Source of the DNA: the human T2T-CHM13v2.0 reference genome, Homo sapiens
Length of the DNA: 64,000 bases
NCBI RefSeq assembly: GCF_009914755.1
Contig: NC_060937.1
Reading direction: 5' to 3' (one strand)
The translations under genes and the position numbers were made by a program. A model generated the notes under the pieces. The model was not told where the DNA came from. It worked only from the letters and a program-made list of their open reading frames with translations, and did no database searches. Every line of letters begins with the position of its first letter. The first letter of the stretch is position 1. Below are positions 1-11,341 of the stretch, in pieces.

Positions 1-779
1 CTCAAGATGAAACACTCTGTTGTATTATCTACCAGAATGTGGAGAGCAGTTTTATTGAAAAAATAACTGAAGAAAACAGTTACTAAAATAACTTCATAAT
101 TATGAAACAACCAAAAAAATGAGGACTAGAATACCCTGCTAAGTTTAGGATTAATTGAAGCATTTACACACAATTATTAAACACTTGGATTTCATTAAAA
201 GTGGACAGATGTATACCATATGTCCTTATTTATCATTCGCTTTATCACATATTCTGATCTTCCATCAGAAGAAGCATATGCCACAGAAAACAGAATAGGA
301 TCAAACTAGGATTTTCAAACAGTCTTTATTTAAATTATAACTTTGGTGTACTGCCAAAAGACCATCTGCCTTATATACTAATTAGACCCATACCACTTAA
401 AACATACAACTTAAAAACATTATTTGAAACATGGATTTACAGTTTGAAATTTCAAGATCACATTATATTTCCTAATTTAAGAAAATAATTTATCATACTA
501 GTAGTTATTTCAAATCTTCACTACAGAAAATATTAGAATGGAAAAGGAACAATGATATGCCAAAAGAACGATCGTATTAAAGGTAGTTTTATTTTTCAAG
601 TGCAAATTGTAGTTCAAAATAAACTAAATAGACAGGTATATCTGTGGATAGGGGTTATGTGGGAATCTTTCCACTGCAAAGAGGATCGATTATTTCCAGT
701 TTACTACGAGCGCACAGGGATCAATTATTAGAAGAGTATACTCTGGTGGAATTTGAAGAAGGAAGTATTATCATCTAAA

Positions 780-3030
780 TATAGAGCTATTTAAATTATC
801 TATTTCTTCATGAGTAAGCTTGGATAGTTTGTGTCTTTCAAGGCATTTAAATATTTAATTCAATATGTTCAAGGTATTGATATAAAATTATAATATCCCC
901 TTACTATTTTTAAATATCAGTAAGATATTTATGGTAGCTTTCTTCCTTCTCTCTCTCTGTCTCTCGCCTCCTCTCTCCATCTCTTTTTTCTTCTCCTTCT
1001 CACTCTCTCTCACTTTTTAGTTCACATCCATCCATATGCCTATAGATTTATTGGTTGTATTGATTTTATTTGAAATACCAGTTTTAATATCATTGATTCT
1101 TCTCTGATGTGTTTCTATTTTCTATTTTATAAATTTTGGTCATACATTACATATTTCATTCTATTTGCCTTGGGGTGAACATCTTTTTTTGGGGGGGAGG
1201 GGGTTCTAGTTTTTAAGGTAGCTATTTATTCCACTGAGTTAAACAGCTATGTTATGATATAAAACTGAAATCTATAAATTTCACTCTGAAACACTACTTT
1301 AGAACTTTAATTGCATCCCACAAAATTTGCTATGTTGTGTTTTTATTTTTATTTGATAGTAAATATTTCCTAATTTTCTTTATAATTTCTTCTGTCATGT
1401 ATGGGTTACTTAAAGGTGTCTTCTTTGATTTCTACATAATTTGGGATTTTTTTCAAATATATTTTTATTATGTATTCCAGTTATTTCACTTTTGTTAGAG
1501 AACATACATTAAATAATTTATTCATCTGTATTGAAATTTTTACATATCCCTGAATATGTAATCCATGTTTTATTATTCTTCGTCCACCTAAAAAAAAGCA
1601 TCTTCTGCTTTTGGAGTGTGGAATATTCCATAAATATCTGATAGGTAAAGCTGATTGACAGTGCTCCTTGAATCTTATGTATCCTTGATGATTTTCTGTC
1701 TACTTGCCCTATCACTAAGAGTGTTTAAACTGAAACTATAATTGTAGATTTATCTCTTTTTATTTTAAGCTCTATCAACTTTTGCTTCATGTATTTTGAA
1801 CTTCTCTTATTAGGTTAATATATATTTAGGATTATACTTTCTTGATGAATTGACTTCCTTATCATTATGAAACATTGTACTTTATTTCAGATATTTCTTA
1901 ATTGTGGTTTATTTTGGCTGATATTAACATAGGTACTCAAAGTTTTTAAGTTGTTATTGCAGGGTAGTTAGTTTTCTATCCTTCTATTTATAATGTGACT
2001 TTATATTTTAAATGAGTTTCTTACAAATAGGATACAGTTAAATCTTATGCATCTACCTAATATGGTACCACCTTTGCCTCTTAATTGGAATATTTATGGC
2101 ATTTGCATTTACTGGATTTGCTGATATTGTTGGGTTTCAATACATCTTGTTCCTTGTTTTCTATTTGTCCTAATTCTTTTATCACTTCTTTTTCTCTTTT
2201 TTTTTTGCCTTCTTGTTGATTATTTTTATTATTTGATGTTGTTTTCAAAACTGCCCTTTTAGCTGTATATGTTGTTTTATGTTGTTACTGGTTATTATAT
2301 GATTTGTGAATACATCTTTAATTTATCACTGCCTATCTTCAAATAATGTGTCACATAATCTATTCGCTGAGAACCTTAAAACAATACTCTTGCATTTCTT
2401 CTTCTTGCCGCTTTTAATGTGCTTTGGTTGTCACATGTTTTCCTTCCACATATGTGATACACACCACAGTACATTATTATTGCTTTAAACAGCCAATTAT
2501 CTTTAAAAGAGATTTAAAAATTAGGAAAATGCATTTTTCTGCTCTTCACATACTTACCATATCAGACACTCTTTAATGCTTTGCATACACTGTATTCAGA
2601 TTTACATTTTCCATCATGAAGAACTTATTTTAAATTTCCCTGTAGTACAGTTCTGCTAGTGATTAATTCTCTCAGCCTTTGCTTGTTTGGAAAGGGCTTG
2701 TTTTATCATCATTTCTATAATATATTTTTAGTATTTAATTTTAAATTGTCAAGCTTTTGTTTTCTTTTGTTTTGTTTTTCACTACCGTGAAAAATATCCT
2801 TGGACATACATAATTTCTGATAAGATATCTGCTGTAATTCTTTTTCTTGTTTCTCCATGTATAATGATTTCTCTTACTCTAGCTTCTTTTAAGATTTGCC
2901 TCTTTATCAGTGGATTATCAGAAATTTGCTATGTGCTTGAAGTGTTTTTAATTAATTAATTAGTTAATCCTGCTTCAGGTTTGGTGAGCTTCTTGGATGT
3001 GTAAATTTGTCACTGAAAGCAAAATTGGCT
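780..3030 (-). mobile_element. Old L1M (L1MC/L1ME-like) LINE fragment, antisense, heavily degenerate
   Basis: T-rich antisense L1 ORF2/ORF1-type phrases (ttgcatcccacaaaatttgctatgttgtg; tgacttccttatcattatgaaa; gatatctgctgtaattc). Includes a CT-rich tract at about 940-1015. Confidence 0.7.
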
Positions 3031-3032
3031 AT

Positions 3033-3398
3033 TGATATGGTTTGGCTCTGTGTCCCCATCCAAATCTCATTTTGAATTGTAATCTCATAATTCCCGTATC
3101 TTGTAGGAGAGACCTGGTGGGAGACAACTGAATCGTGGGGGCATTTTCCTCATACTGGTCTCCTGGTAGTGAATAACTCTCACAAGATCTGATAGTTTTA
3201 TAAGGTGTTTCCACTTTTGCTTCTCTCTCTTTGCCTGCTGCCATTCATGTAAGATGTGACTTGCTCCTCCTTGCCTTCCGCCGTGATTGTGAGGCCTCCC
3301 CAGCCATGTGGAACTGCAAGTCCATTAAACCTCTTTATTTTGTAAATTGCCCATTCTGAGGTATGACTTTATCAGCAGCGTGAGAACAGACTAATACA
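3033..3398 (+). mobile_element. THE1 (ERVL-MaLR) solo LTR, THE1C/D-like
   Basis: Starts TGATATGGTTTGGCTCTGTGTCCCCA, ends GAACAGACTAATACA, with ATTAAACCTCTTT poly(A) region; about 366 bp. Confidence 0.9.
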
Positions 3399-3604
3399 GT
3401 TTTGTTTATCCATTATTATTTCAAATATTTCCTCTCCCCTTTCTTGAACTTTAATTACACTTCTATGATAACACTTACTATTGCCCCACTGGTTATTGAG
3501 GTTATTTTGGTTTTCTCTGTATTTACTATAGTTTGGATAGTTTGTAATGCAGTGTCTACGATTTCACCAGCCCTTCCTTTGATAATGACTAAGTTTCTGT
3601 TAAC

Positions 3605-3980
3605 CATCCTCAAACCAAGTGGCATTAAACAGTGATAATCATTTATTATTTTTATGTTTCATGGTTCTGTGGGTTTGTGGGTTAAATAGACTCAAGTAGC
3701 CAGTTCTCGCTCAGATTTCCTCATGCAGTTGCAGTCAGACAGCAGCTGAAGCTTATGTCATCTCAAAAGTTTCCTGACTTATATATTTTTTCAATTTAAT
3801 CTGGATGCCACCAGAGACCTCAGCAGATCCCTTAGTGGAACCTCAACTTATGAACTAGCTGTCTCACAGCACGGTGGCTAGGCTAAAGGGTAAATATCCC
3901 AAGATAGCCAGGACCAAGAGACATTGCTTTTTCTATGCTAGATTTAGAAGTCATGAATCATTACTTTTGCTACTCACCAG
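3605..3980 (-). mobile_element. MLT1-type MaLR LTR remnant
   Basis: ccaagtggcattaaacag...tcatggttctgtggg...ctcatgcagttgcagtcaga...gaagtcat resembles antisense MLT1. Confidence 0.55.
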
Positions 3981-4369
3981 CTAGTAAGAGAAAAAGTTGT
4001 TACATAAACCTGGTTTTATCTTACATGTAAAGTTCATTAATACAAGACATCAAGATATAGTTAAAAGAAAATTTAAATATTAACATTATTTATTTAATAA
4101 TGAGATATAGTCTCTTTTAAATGTATTGTATTTATCTTTGAAAATGTCTGCAATTTTGCTCCACAGGGATCAGGAAGAAATTATATTAAATGTTAAAACC
4201 ATATACTGAGTTATTGTTTGCTTAATGTACATTTTCAATTCCTTCCCATTATCTCATCACATGATTGACAGTATTTCTGTAATATTTTAAATATGTTGTA
4301 AGTTACAAGTTGTAAATATAAAATTATTTAGTTTATGCTAGCCATAACAATTGTTTATTTAGGGTTCTT

Positions 4370-4810
4370 CTATTCAACAAATATCAAGAAGAGTCCCGAT
4401 ACAGATGTTGGACATAAAATGAAGAGCAAACCAATCATGTCTTCTTGTCTTAATCATGCTTAAAGTTGGAAGCATATATTAATCAAATAACTGTTTAAGT
4501 ATTAACTAGCTATGAACTTTTTAAAAAATCATAAGGACATATATCAGGGAGCTATGACTAAGTCTGGGTAATCAGAAAAGTTTCCCTAAGAAAATGATAT
4601 TTCAGCCAAAATATAACGGGCAAGTAAGAGACAATTGGTAATGTGAGGAAAGAGAAACAACCTTCATGGAATCTCTGAAGTAAAACATAGGATGGCTAAA
4701 GTAAGGTCAATGTGAGATATCAGCCAACAGGGAAAGAAAAACTGATTAGCAAGGAGTCTGCAGAAATAGACAGAAACCAGATCAAGTAAAGCCTTATAAA
4801 AGAAGTAAAA
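4370..4810 (-). mobile_element. L2 LINE 3' fragment
   Basis: tattcaacaaatat start followed by the purine-rich antisense L2 pattern (gaaaagtttccctaagaaaatgatatttcagcc). Confidence 0.5.
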
Positions 4811-5196
4811 TATTAATATTTTTGTTTGTACATAAGCATAGTGAAGGGTAGGATAAAGAGAAACAACTTTATCCTACTCGTCTTTATCCTGTTCTTCTTT
4901 ATCCTACCCAAGAGAAACAACTTGAACAAATGTGCATTTAATAGGTTCCAGTTCATGATGGCTGACTACAAGCAGCTAGTGGGTGCCTCTCTCACAGAGA
5001 GGAGTTAAAATAGCAAATAAATACTAACACTTTAAGGGAATCCTTGACGAAAGCACTCTGAAATTCACCAGAGAAGCAACAGGAACCATGAAGAGCAGAA
5101 GAGAGTGAAGCCGAGTAGACTGCACAGCTGGGAGCTACATGAAGCCAGGAAAGGCTTCCTAATAAGGGGAAAGGATGAGTGAGTGACAGACCCCCG

Positions 5197-5745
5197 TTTC
5201 AGAGGCGTTTGAACCAGAGCAACTCCATCTTAAATACACACTGACAGAAATAAGGCTGAGACCTGCTGGCCTGCATTCCCAGACAGGTTATGCATTCTAA
5301 GTCACAGGATGAGATAGGAGGTCGGCACAAGATACAGGTCATGAAAGCCTTGCTGACAAAACAGTTTGCAGTAAAGACGCCAGCCAAGACCCACCAAAAC
5401 CAAGATGGCACTGAGAGTGACTTCTGGTCGTCGTCACTGCTACACTACCATTAGTGCCATGACAGCTTACAAATGCCATGGCAACATCAGGAAGTTACCC
5501 TATGTGGTCTAAAAAGGGGAGGTATGAATAATCCACTGCTTATTTAGCATGTAATCAAGAAATAAACATAAAAATAGGCAACCAGCAGCCCTCAGTCTGC
5601 TCTGTCTATGAAGTAGCCATTTTGTTATTCCTTTACTTTCTAAATTAAACTTACTTTAACTTCAGGGACTCACCCTGAGTTCTCTCTTACACGAGATCCA
5701 AGAACCGTCTCTTTGGGTGTGGATCGGGACCCCTTTCCAGGAACA
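5197..5745 (+). mobile_element. MER41A solo LTR (ERV1)
   Basis: TTTCAGAGGCGTTTGAACCAGAGCAACTCCATCTT ... GGATCGGGACCCCTTTCCAGGAACA. Reads AAAAAGGGGAGGTATGAATAATCC, i.e. lacks the tandem-GAS segment of MER41B. Imperfect 4-bp TSD cccg/ccag. Confidence 0.9.
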
Positions 5746-6367
5746 CCAGGGGTTCTGCAACTCCAACATGGACCTTTACAATCCTAGTCACTGGAGAGCA
5801 TCATCGATCCCCCAGTTTCTCCGGACTGAAAGAGGGAGGTGCTTCAGACTGAGGAGAGGTACTGCTCCAGCCGACGTGGAATCCAGCAGGCTTTTGATCC
5901 CCAAGCAGCCTGGCACCAGCTGTTGCTTGGGGATCAAAAGGAATGAAAGCCGGGCATCTTCGTCCACCTGGCCATAGTATAAAGGAGCAGGCAAACAATG
6001 CAAGGCGGAATCCCCTGCCTCCACTGTGTCCAGCCAAATGGGTACCCACCCCCACAACCAGGTCCCCCAGCGCAGCAGCCCTTCACTGCCTGAACACCGC
6101 AGCTCCAGATCAACATCCAGAGGCCACAGATAGGCCCTCCGTCGCTTCCACCACTGCTGCCTTTGCCCCCACCATCTGCAGGCCAGGGAAGGAACAGGGA
6201 GGTGGGGCACTTCCAGGGACCCCCCCAAAGCTGACTCGGCAGTCCTGGTGTGGAGGAGTGGGAAGCCAAGGCTTTTGCTGTGCTCTCTCAGGCAGGGTTT
6301 GACTGCTTCAGCTACAGGCCCCCGGGTGCTGTGCAGCTACCCTGCCCCCACCTGAAAATGCAGCCAT

Positions 6368-6459
6368 TGTTTAGCATGCAATCAAGAAATAAACATAAAA
6401 ATGGGCAACCAGCAGCCCTCAGGCTGCTCTGTCTATAAAGTAGCCATTTTGTTATTCCT
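6368..6459 (+). repeat. 92-bp copy of MER41A segment 5541-5632 inside the L1 5'UTR
   Basis: Direct comparison gives 87/92 identical bases, no gaps. Confidence 0.9.
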
Positions 6460-8012
6460 CAGCATTGCTCTGAGAGCACAACTCCCAGAGGTTTCTGCTA
6501 GGCCCTTCCCAGTCACTGTCACCAAGGCTTCTGCCTCTGCCTTTGCCCTTGCTACCCAAAAGCCGGGAGGACATGAGGAGCCAGGACACTTCCATGCTGC
6601 CTAACGCAGAAACTGCAGCCACGGTGCAATGCACAGGGAGCAGACCAATACACAGCACTGGATCCTGATTCCCTGCCCCTATGGGGCATGCCTACTTTGG
6701 CAATGAGTCCCCAAGTGCACCCACAGTGCACTTGCCCTGCCCTTGCCTAAGCACTGCAGCTGCAGCTAAACTTCCAGAGGCTGCCAACTCCCAGAGGCTG
6801 CCAATACGCCCTGTGCAGCATCCGACACTGCTGCCTCTTCCCCTGCTGCCCGTGGGCCAAGAAGGGCATAGGGACATCAGGCACCTTTGTGCACCCTCAA
6901 CAGTGAAGTCCAGTGCCACTTCTGTGGGAAGGAAGTGTGAGTGAGCCACAGGCCCCACAGCTGCCACTCTCCACTGCCCCAGATGAGGCCCATCACCTGA
7001 GCCTCTTCCTGTCCCTCCCTGAGAATTCTGCTGGTGACTTGGGAACCAGCCCAGCCATCGCTGTCACAGTCAGTACCCAAAATCTAGGCTAACATCATCC
7101 TGGTCCAGCCCATTTCAGACTTGTACACACCATCCAGTGAGCCACCTAGTGGCCTGGGAATTGGGAAATTATCTCAGCCCAGCCCGCCACTGCTGGCACC
7201 TGACCACCACCAACAGGGGCCACAGGTTGGGTGGACCCACCATCACAACTCACATCAGCCTAAAGGTGGAGCCCCTCCCCTTCCCTACACAAAGCAGCAG
7301 CATTACCCCTTGGCAGAACAGGTGAGCCATAAATCTGTCTGTATTAGGAGGACTGAAGAGGTTCCACCTGGAAACCACTGACTCCTATAGAGAGCCATGA
7401 AACAGACATTTTCCTTGGTGCTCAGCTACACAGTGGCCTGGAGATAGACAAAAGTGTGCATCTGAACACTGGAATGGGCACTGGAATAGGGGTGTGATAG
7501 AGAAGCTGATCTCATTCCTGCTGATCTAGGACATACAGCTGGTGTAGCCCTTCAATCCTCTGCAGAGACCTTGGTGCATCTCACCAGGGCTCCCTTAGCC
7601 AGACCAGTTCAGAGTTGGTGCTGCACTAGTCATTGAGGTATCCATGGGCAAGCCGGGAAACCAGCTCTGCTCATTTGTGCCCCCCTCAACTGTTGAACAG
7701 GAAGTTCAGGGCACTGGGCACTCCACTGACCAGCCCATCACCTGAAACAAAGACAGCATTTCACAGTAAACAAAAATTGAATACATATCTAGCTGCTTGT
7801 GCCTCAACTGGTTTTACCCATACAGCCACCTACTGACCTGCAGGTCAAACTGCATAGGCCAATATAAAACATGCTGATGGAAGTGCACAGGGCTATAGAA
7901 GCAAAGCCAAAAGACCCTAACCAACATACTCTATACTCACACCTCCTGGGGGAGGGGATATATATGAGAGAAAAAAAAAAACCTGAAAAAAAAGAAAAAA
8001 ACATCTTCCTAG

Positions 8013-8639
8013 ATGAGAAGGAACCAGCATAAGAATTCTGACACCATGAAAAATATAAACGAGACATCACCAAAGGATCTCACTAGCTCTCTAGCAATGG
8101 ACCCTAAGCAAAATGAAAACTTAGAAATTACAGATAAAAAACTTAAAGCATGGATTGCAAAGAAGCTTAATGAGATCCAAGAGAAGGTTGAAAATCAACA
8201 CAAAGAAACCATGAAAGGAACCCAAATAAGGAAGGAAAATATAAATATTTTTAAGAAAAAAATAGAGAAAGAACTTCCGAAAATGAAAAGCTCACTGAAG
8301 GAATTTCCAAATACAGATGAAAGCGTTAACAATAATCTAGACCAAACGGAAGAAAGAATTTCAGAGTCTGAAAGTTGGTATTTAAAATTAACCCAATCGA
8401 ACAAAAATAAAGAAAAAATAATCTTTCAAAATGAACAAAGCCTTCAAGAAATGTGGGATTATATAAAACAAACAAACCTACAATTTATAGGCATTCCTGA
8501 TAGAGAAGAAAACAAAGTAAGCCACCTGGAAAACATATTTAAGAAAATAATTGAAGAAAACTTCCCTAATATCTCTAGAGAGGTAGACATCCATATACAA
8601 GGAGTTCAGAGAACACCTGCTAGATACTATACAAGATAA
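8013..8639 (+). pseudogene. L1 ORF1p remnant (N-terminus, coiled coil, start of RRM), 208 codons
   Basis: Contains LDQTEERISE, NEQSLQEMWDYIKQTNLQFIGIP, LENIFKKIIEENFPN and QRTPARY, typical of ORF1p. Homology continues past the TAA at 8637-8639 with a second in-frame stop. Confidence 0.9.
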
Positions 8640-9096
8640 ACATTCCCAAGCTATATAGTCATCAGATTATCCAAGGTCAACACTAAATAAAAAATCTTCA
8701 ATGCATCTGGAGAAAAGGGTCAAATTACCTATAAATAAATTACCTATTTATGTAAAATCCATTTCCCTATAGAGTAAATGTGTATAGGTTTTCACATGCA
8801 TCTAATTTGTCATAAGAAGCTTTAATTAACTGTGTAGCTACCCAATAATCCAGATGACAGCCAAAGGAAATAAGAAAATTCTTAAAAGGTCCAAAGCCAT
8901 TCCTAAAGTTTCTGCAAATTTTTAGAAAACGTACATTATCTCAGTAACCTCTGTCTTCATTCTGTACCATGGTGATCCATAGAAATGAAGCTTTTTTTAT
9001 GTCTTCCCATCCCAAATAAATACCATGTACATAATTAATGAGTGCAACAGAATGATTTTCAATTTTTAAAAATTTAGTTTAATTGATAAATAATAA

Positions 9097-10214
9097 TGCC
9101 ACAGGATCCTTAGGGTGTCACTTCACCAGCCAGAAACTTGTGTGGCTGGAGGCACCTCTGCCTGAGGTTTGCTCCAGCCACTGGGCTAATTCACCCACTC
9201 AGCCTAGAAGGCTGAGCTCGACTTGCACTACTGGCCCAGATCCCATGTTTGCCAAGGGTGAGCCAGGCACAGAGTGGCAAAGGGCGTGTGAGTGAGTGAG
9301 CGCTGGTTTCAGCCACTACACACAGCCAGGCACAATGGCTACTGCAGCAGGGCGGGAAGGTCCAGGCACCAACAAAGGTGCCAGCTCCGTGCAAGGCTGC
9401 AGCTGGTTCAGAAGTACCACAAGTGTCTTCCACTGTGGGCACCAGTGTCTGGATGAGGGGAACGTGTTGGTTCCCAAAAGCTCAGAGACACCAAGAGCCA
9501 CAGATCCCCAAAGAGGGTGTTACAGCATATCAGAGCCCTGGCTCAGGGAGCCCCAAGGTCTAGGCTCCCAGAAGGGCCACAGCTCTTCTCTCTTTCTCCT
9601 CGCCTGCTGCCTTCATCTCTTGGGCTGGCCTAGCCCTGCCTCTGCTTTGCATCATGTGTGCTGGTCAGGTGGCACTAGCAAAGATGGAGGGCTTTGGTGT
9701 TATAACCCCTTTGGCTCCTGTCAGCATGGAGAGCTGGCCGTGGATGTGTTACAGCTCCTTGTTTGGGGGAGTCTCAAGTTCTTATCTCACATCCAGGGAA
9801 AATGAGGTTATGTGGACAACTGGAGGGTGAGCAAAACAGAAATGAGCTTTACTGAGTGACAAAACAGTTCTCAGTCTAGAAGAAACCTGAAGTAGGTAGC
9901 TCCCATTGGCAGGCAGGTCGTCTGGACAAGTGTCTGAGTCTGAGTTTGGGGTTTTTATAGGCTCAGAGGAAGTGCATGCCGATTGGTCCATGAGCAGGAG
10001 GAAGTGTGTACTGATTGGTTCATGGGAGGACCTGGAAAAAGCCCCACTTGATTGTCTCAAAGGCATCAAGGAAATTCTCACTACCAGTGTTGCACCTCAC
10101 CTGGAACTGGCAGCCCAGACCCCCGGCTTCAGGCAGTCCCTGGCTTGAAGGTGGTGTTTCAATGGGGACACACCCCTTTCTGCCTAGGAACCTGTCTGCC
10201 TCCCACTGCCATCA
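9097..10214 (-). mobile_element. MER52-family solo LTR (ERV1)
   Basis: GC-rich 1.1-kb element with ends TGCCACAGGATCCTTAGGGTGTC and CCCACTGCCATCA; exact 4-bp TSD ATAA (9093-9096 and 10215-10218). Confidence 0.85.
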
Positions 10215-10269
10215 ATAATTTTGTATGTTTTATATATATATATAAAAATATAAATTATATATATACACA

Positions 10270-10580
10270 AAATTATTGATGGCATTATACATATGCATAT
10301 ATATATAGGTACAATGCAACGTTTTGATATAACATTGTCAGATGATTAAATCAAGCTAATTAACAAATCCAGGACCTCACAAATCATTTTTTATGGTGAA
10401 AATATTTAAGGTCTACTATTTTAATAATTTTGAAATAGAAAAGACATTATTATTTATTATAATTACCATTCTGTGCAATAGATCACTACAGCTAGATTTC
10501 TCCTGTCTGACATTTTGTGCACTTTAATCAACATCTCTCTTTCTCCATCCATCTCCCCTCCACCCAGCCTTTGATAACCA
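10270..10580 (-). mobile_element. L1MA/L1MB 3'UTR fragment
   Basis: aaatcaagctaattaac...ggtgaaaatatttaaggtctact...ctgtgcaatagatcact. Confidence 0.7.
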
Positions 10581-10789
10581 TGCAATAGAATTTTTAAAAG
10601 ACTAGTGATGTACTATATAATACAAAGATTCCATGGAAGTATTTATTTTTAAGGTAATAAATTATAAAGTCTCCTCAGAATTGTATCCTGGATCAGGAAT
10701 CAGGAAGAGATGTATCTATATTGGATACTGTTACTATGTAACTATTCTATAAAAATCAAATAAATTCACTTATTTCAAAAATTAAAAAA

Positions 10790-11341
10790 TTGCAGTGCCT
10801 TCACTGAATTATAATTGACATACAATAAACAACATCTACTTAAAGTGCATCCTTTGATAACTTTTTAACCGGGGTATATACACTGCTAAACCATCACTCC
10901 CCTCGAGATAATAAAAATATTCATCACATCCAAAAATTTTCTTATCCTCTATTGTAATCCCTCCCTCCTGCTTCCCCCTGTTCCCATCCCAAACAACCAT
11001 TGATCTTTTCCTACCACAGATTTGTTTGTGTTTTTTAGAATTTTACATAAATGAAAATACAGAGTACGTACTCTTTTTTGTCTGGCTCCATATTTGGGGA
11101 TTCATCCATATAGCGTGTATCAAGTGTTCATTCTTTTTGATTGCTGAGTAATATTTCATTGAATAGATAGTCCTCAATTTCTTTATCCTGTCAGTTGTTA
11201 ATGGAAGTGAGGATTCTTTCCATTTCTTGGCTGTTATAAAGTGAGGTACTGTAAATAATAAGCACAAGTCTTTGTGTGTATATATGTCTTCATTTCTCCT
11301 GGGTAAATACCTAAAAGTGGAACAGCCAGCGGGATCATATG
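10790..11341 (-). mobile_element. L1M (L1MB/L1MC-type) 3' end fragment
   Basis: aattgacatacaataaac...aaaccatcact...ttgctgagtaatatttcattgaatag...gggtaaatacctaaaagtggaa. The minus-strand ORF reads YSMKYYSAIKKNE, as in the L1 ORF2 C-terminus. Confidence 0.8.

Larger units (their letters stand above)
4945..8770 (+). mobile_element. L1PB-type LINE-1 5' part (5'UTR plus ORF1), 3'-truncated, interrupted by MER41A
   Basis: Begins with an L1 5'-end-like gatggctgactacaagcagctag, continues through a GC-rich 5'UTR into a clear ORF1 homolog at 8013; no ORF2 follows. Confidence 0.8.

Noticed and set aside
5717-7836. Cluster of overlapping ORFs in GC-rich DNA, possible CpG-island gene start
   Set aside because: Lies in the L1 5'UTR, is CpG-depleted, and ORFs occur in many frames with no recognisable protein.
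9083-10279. ORFs up to 169 aa
   Set aside because: Within the GC-rich MER52 LTR; chance open frames.
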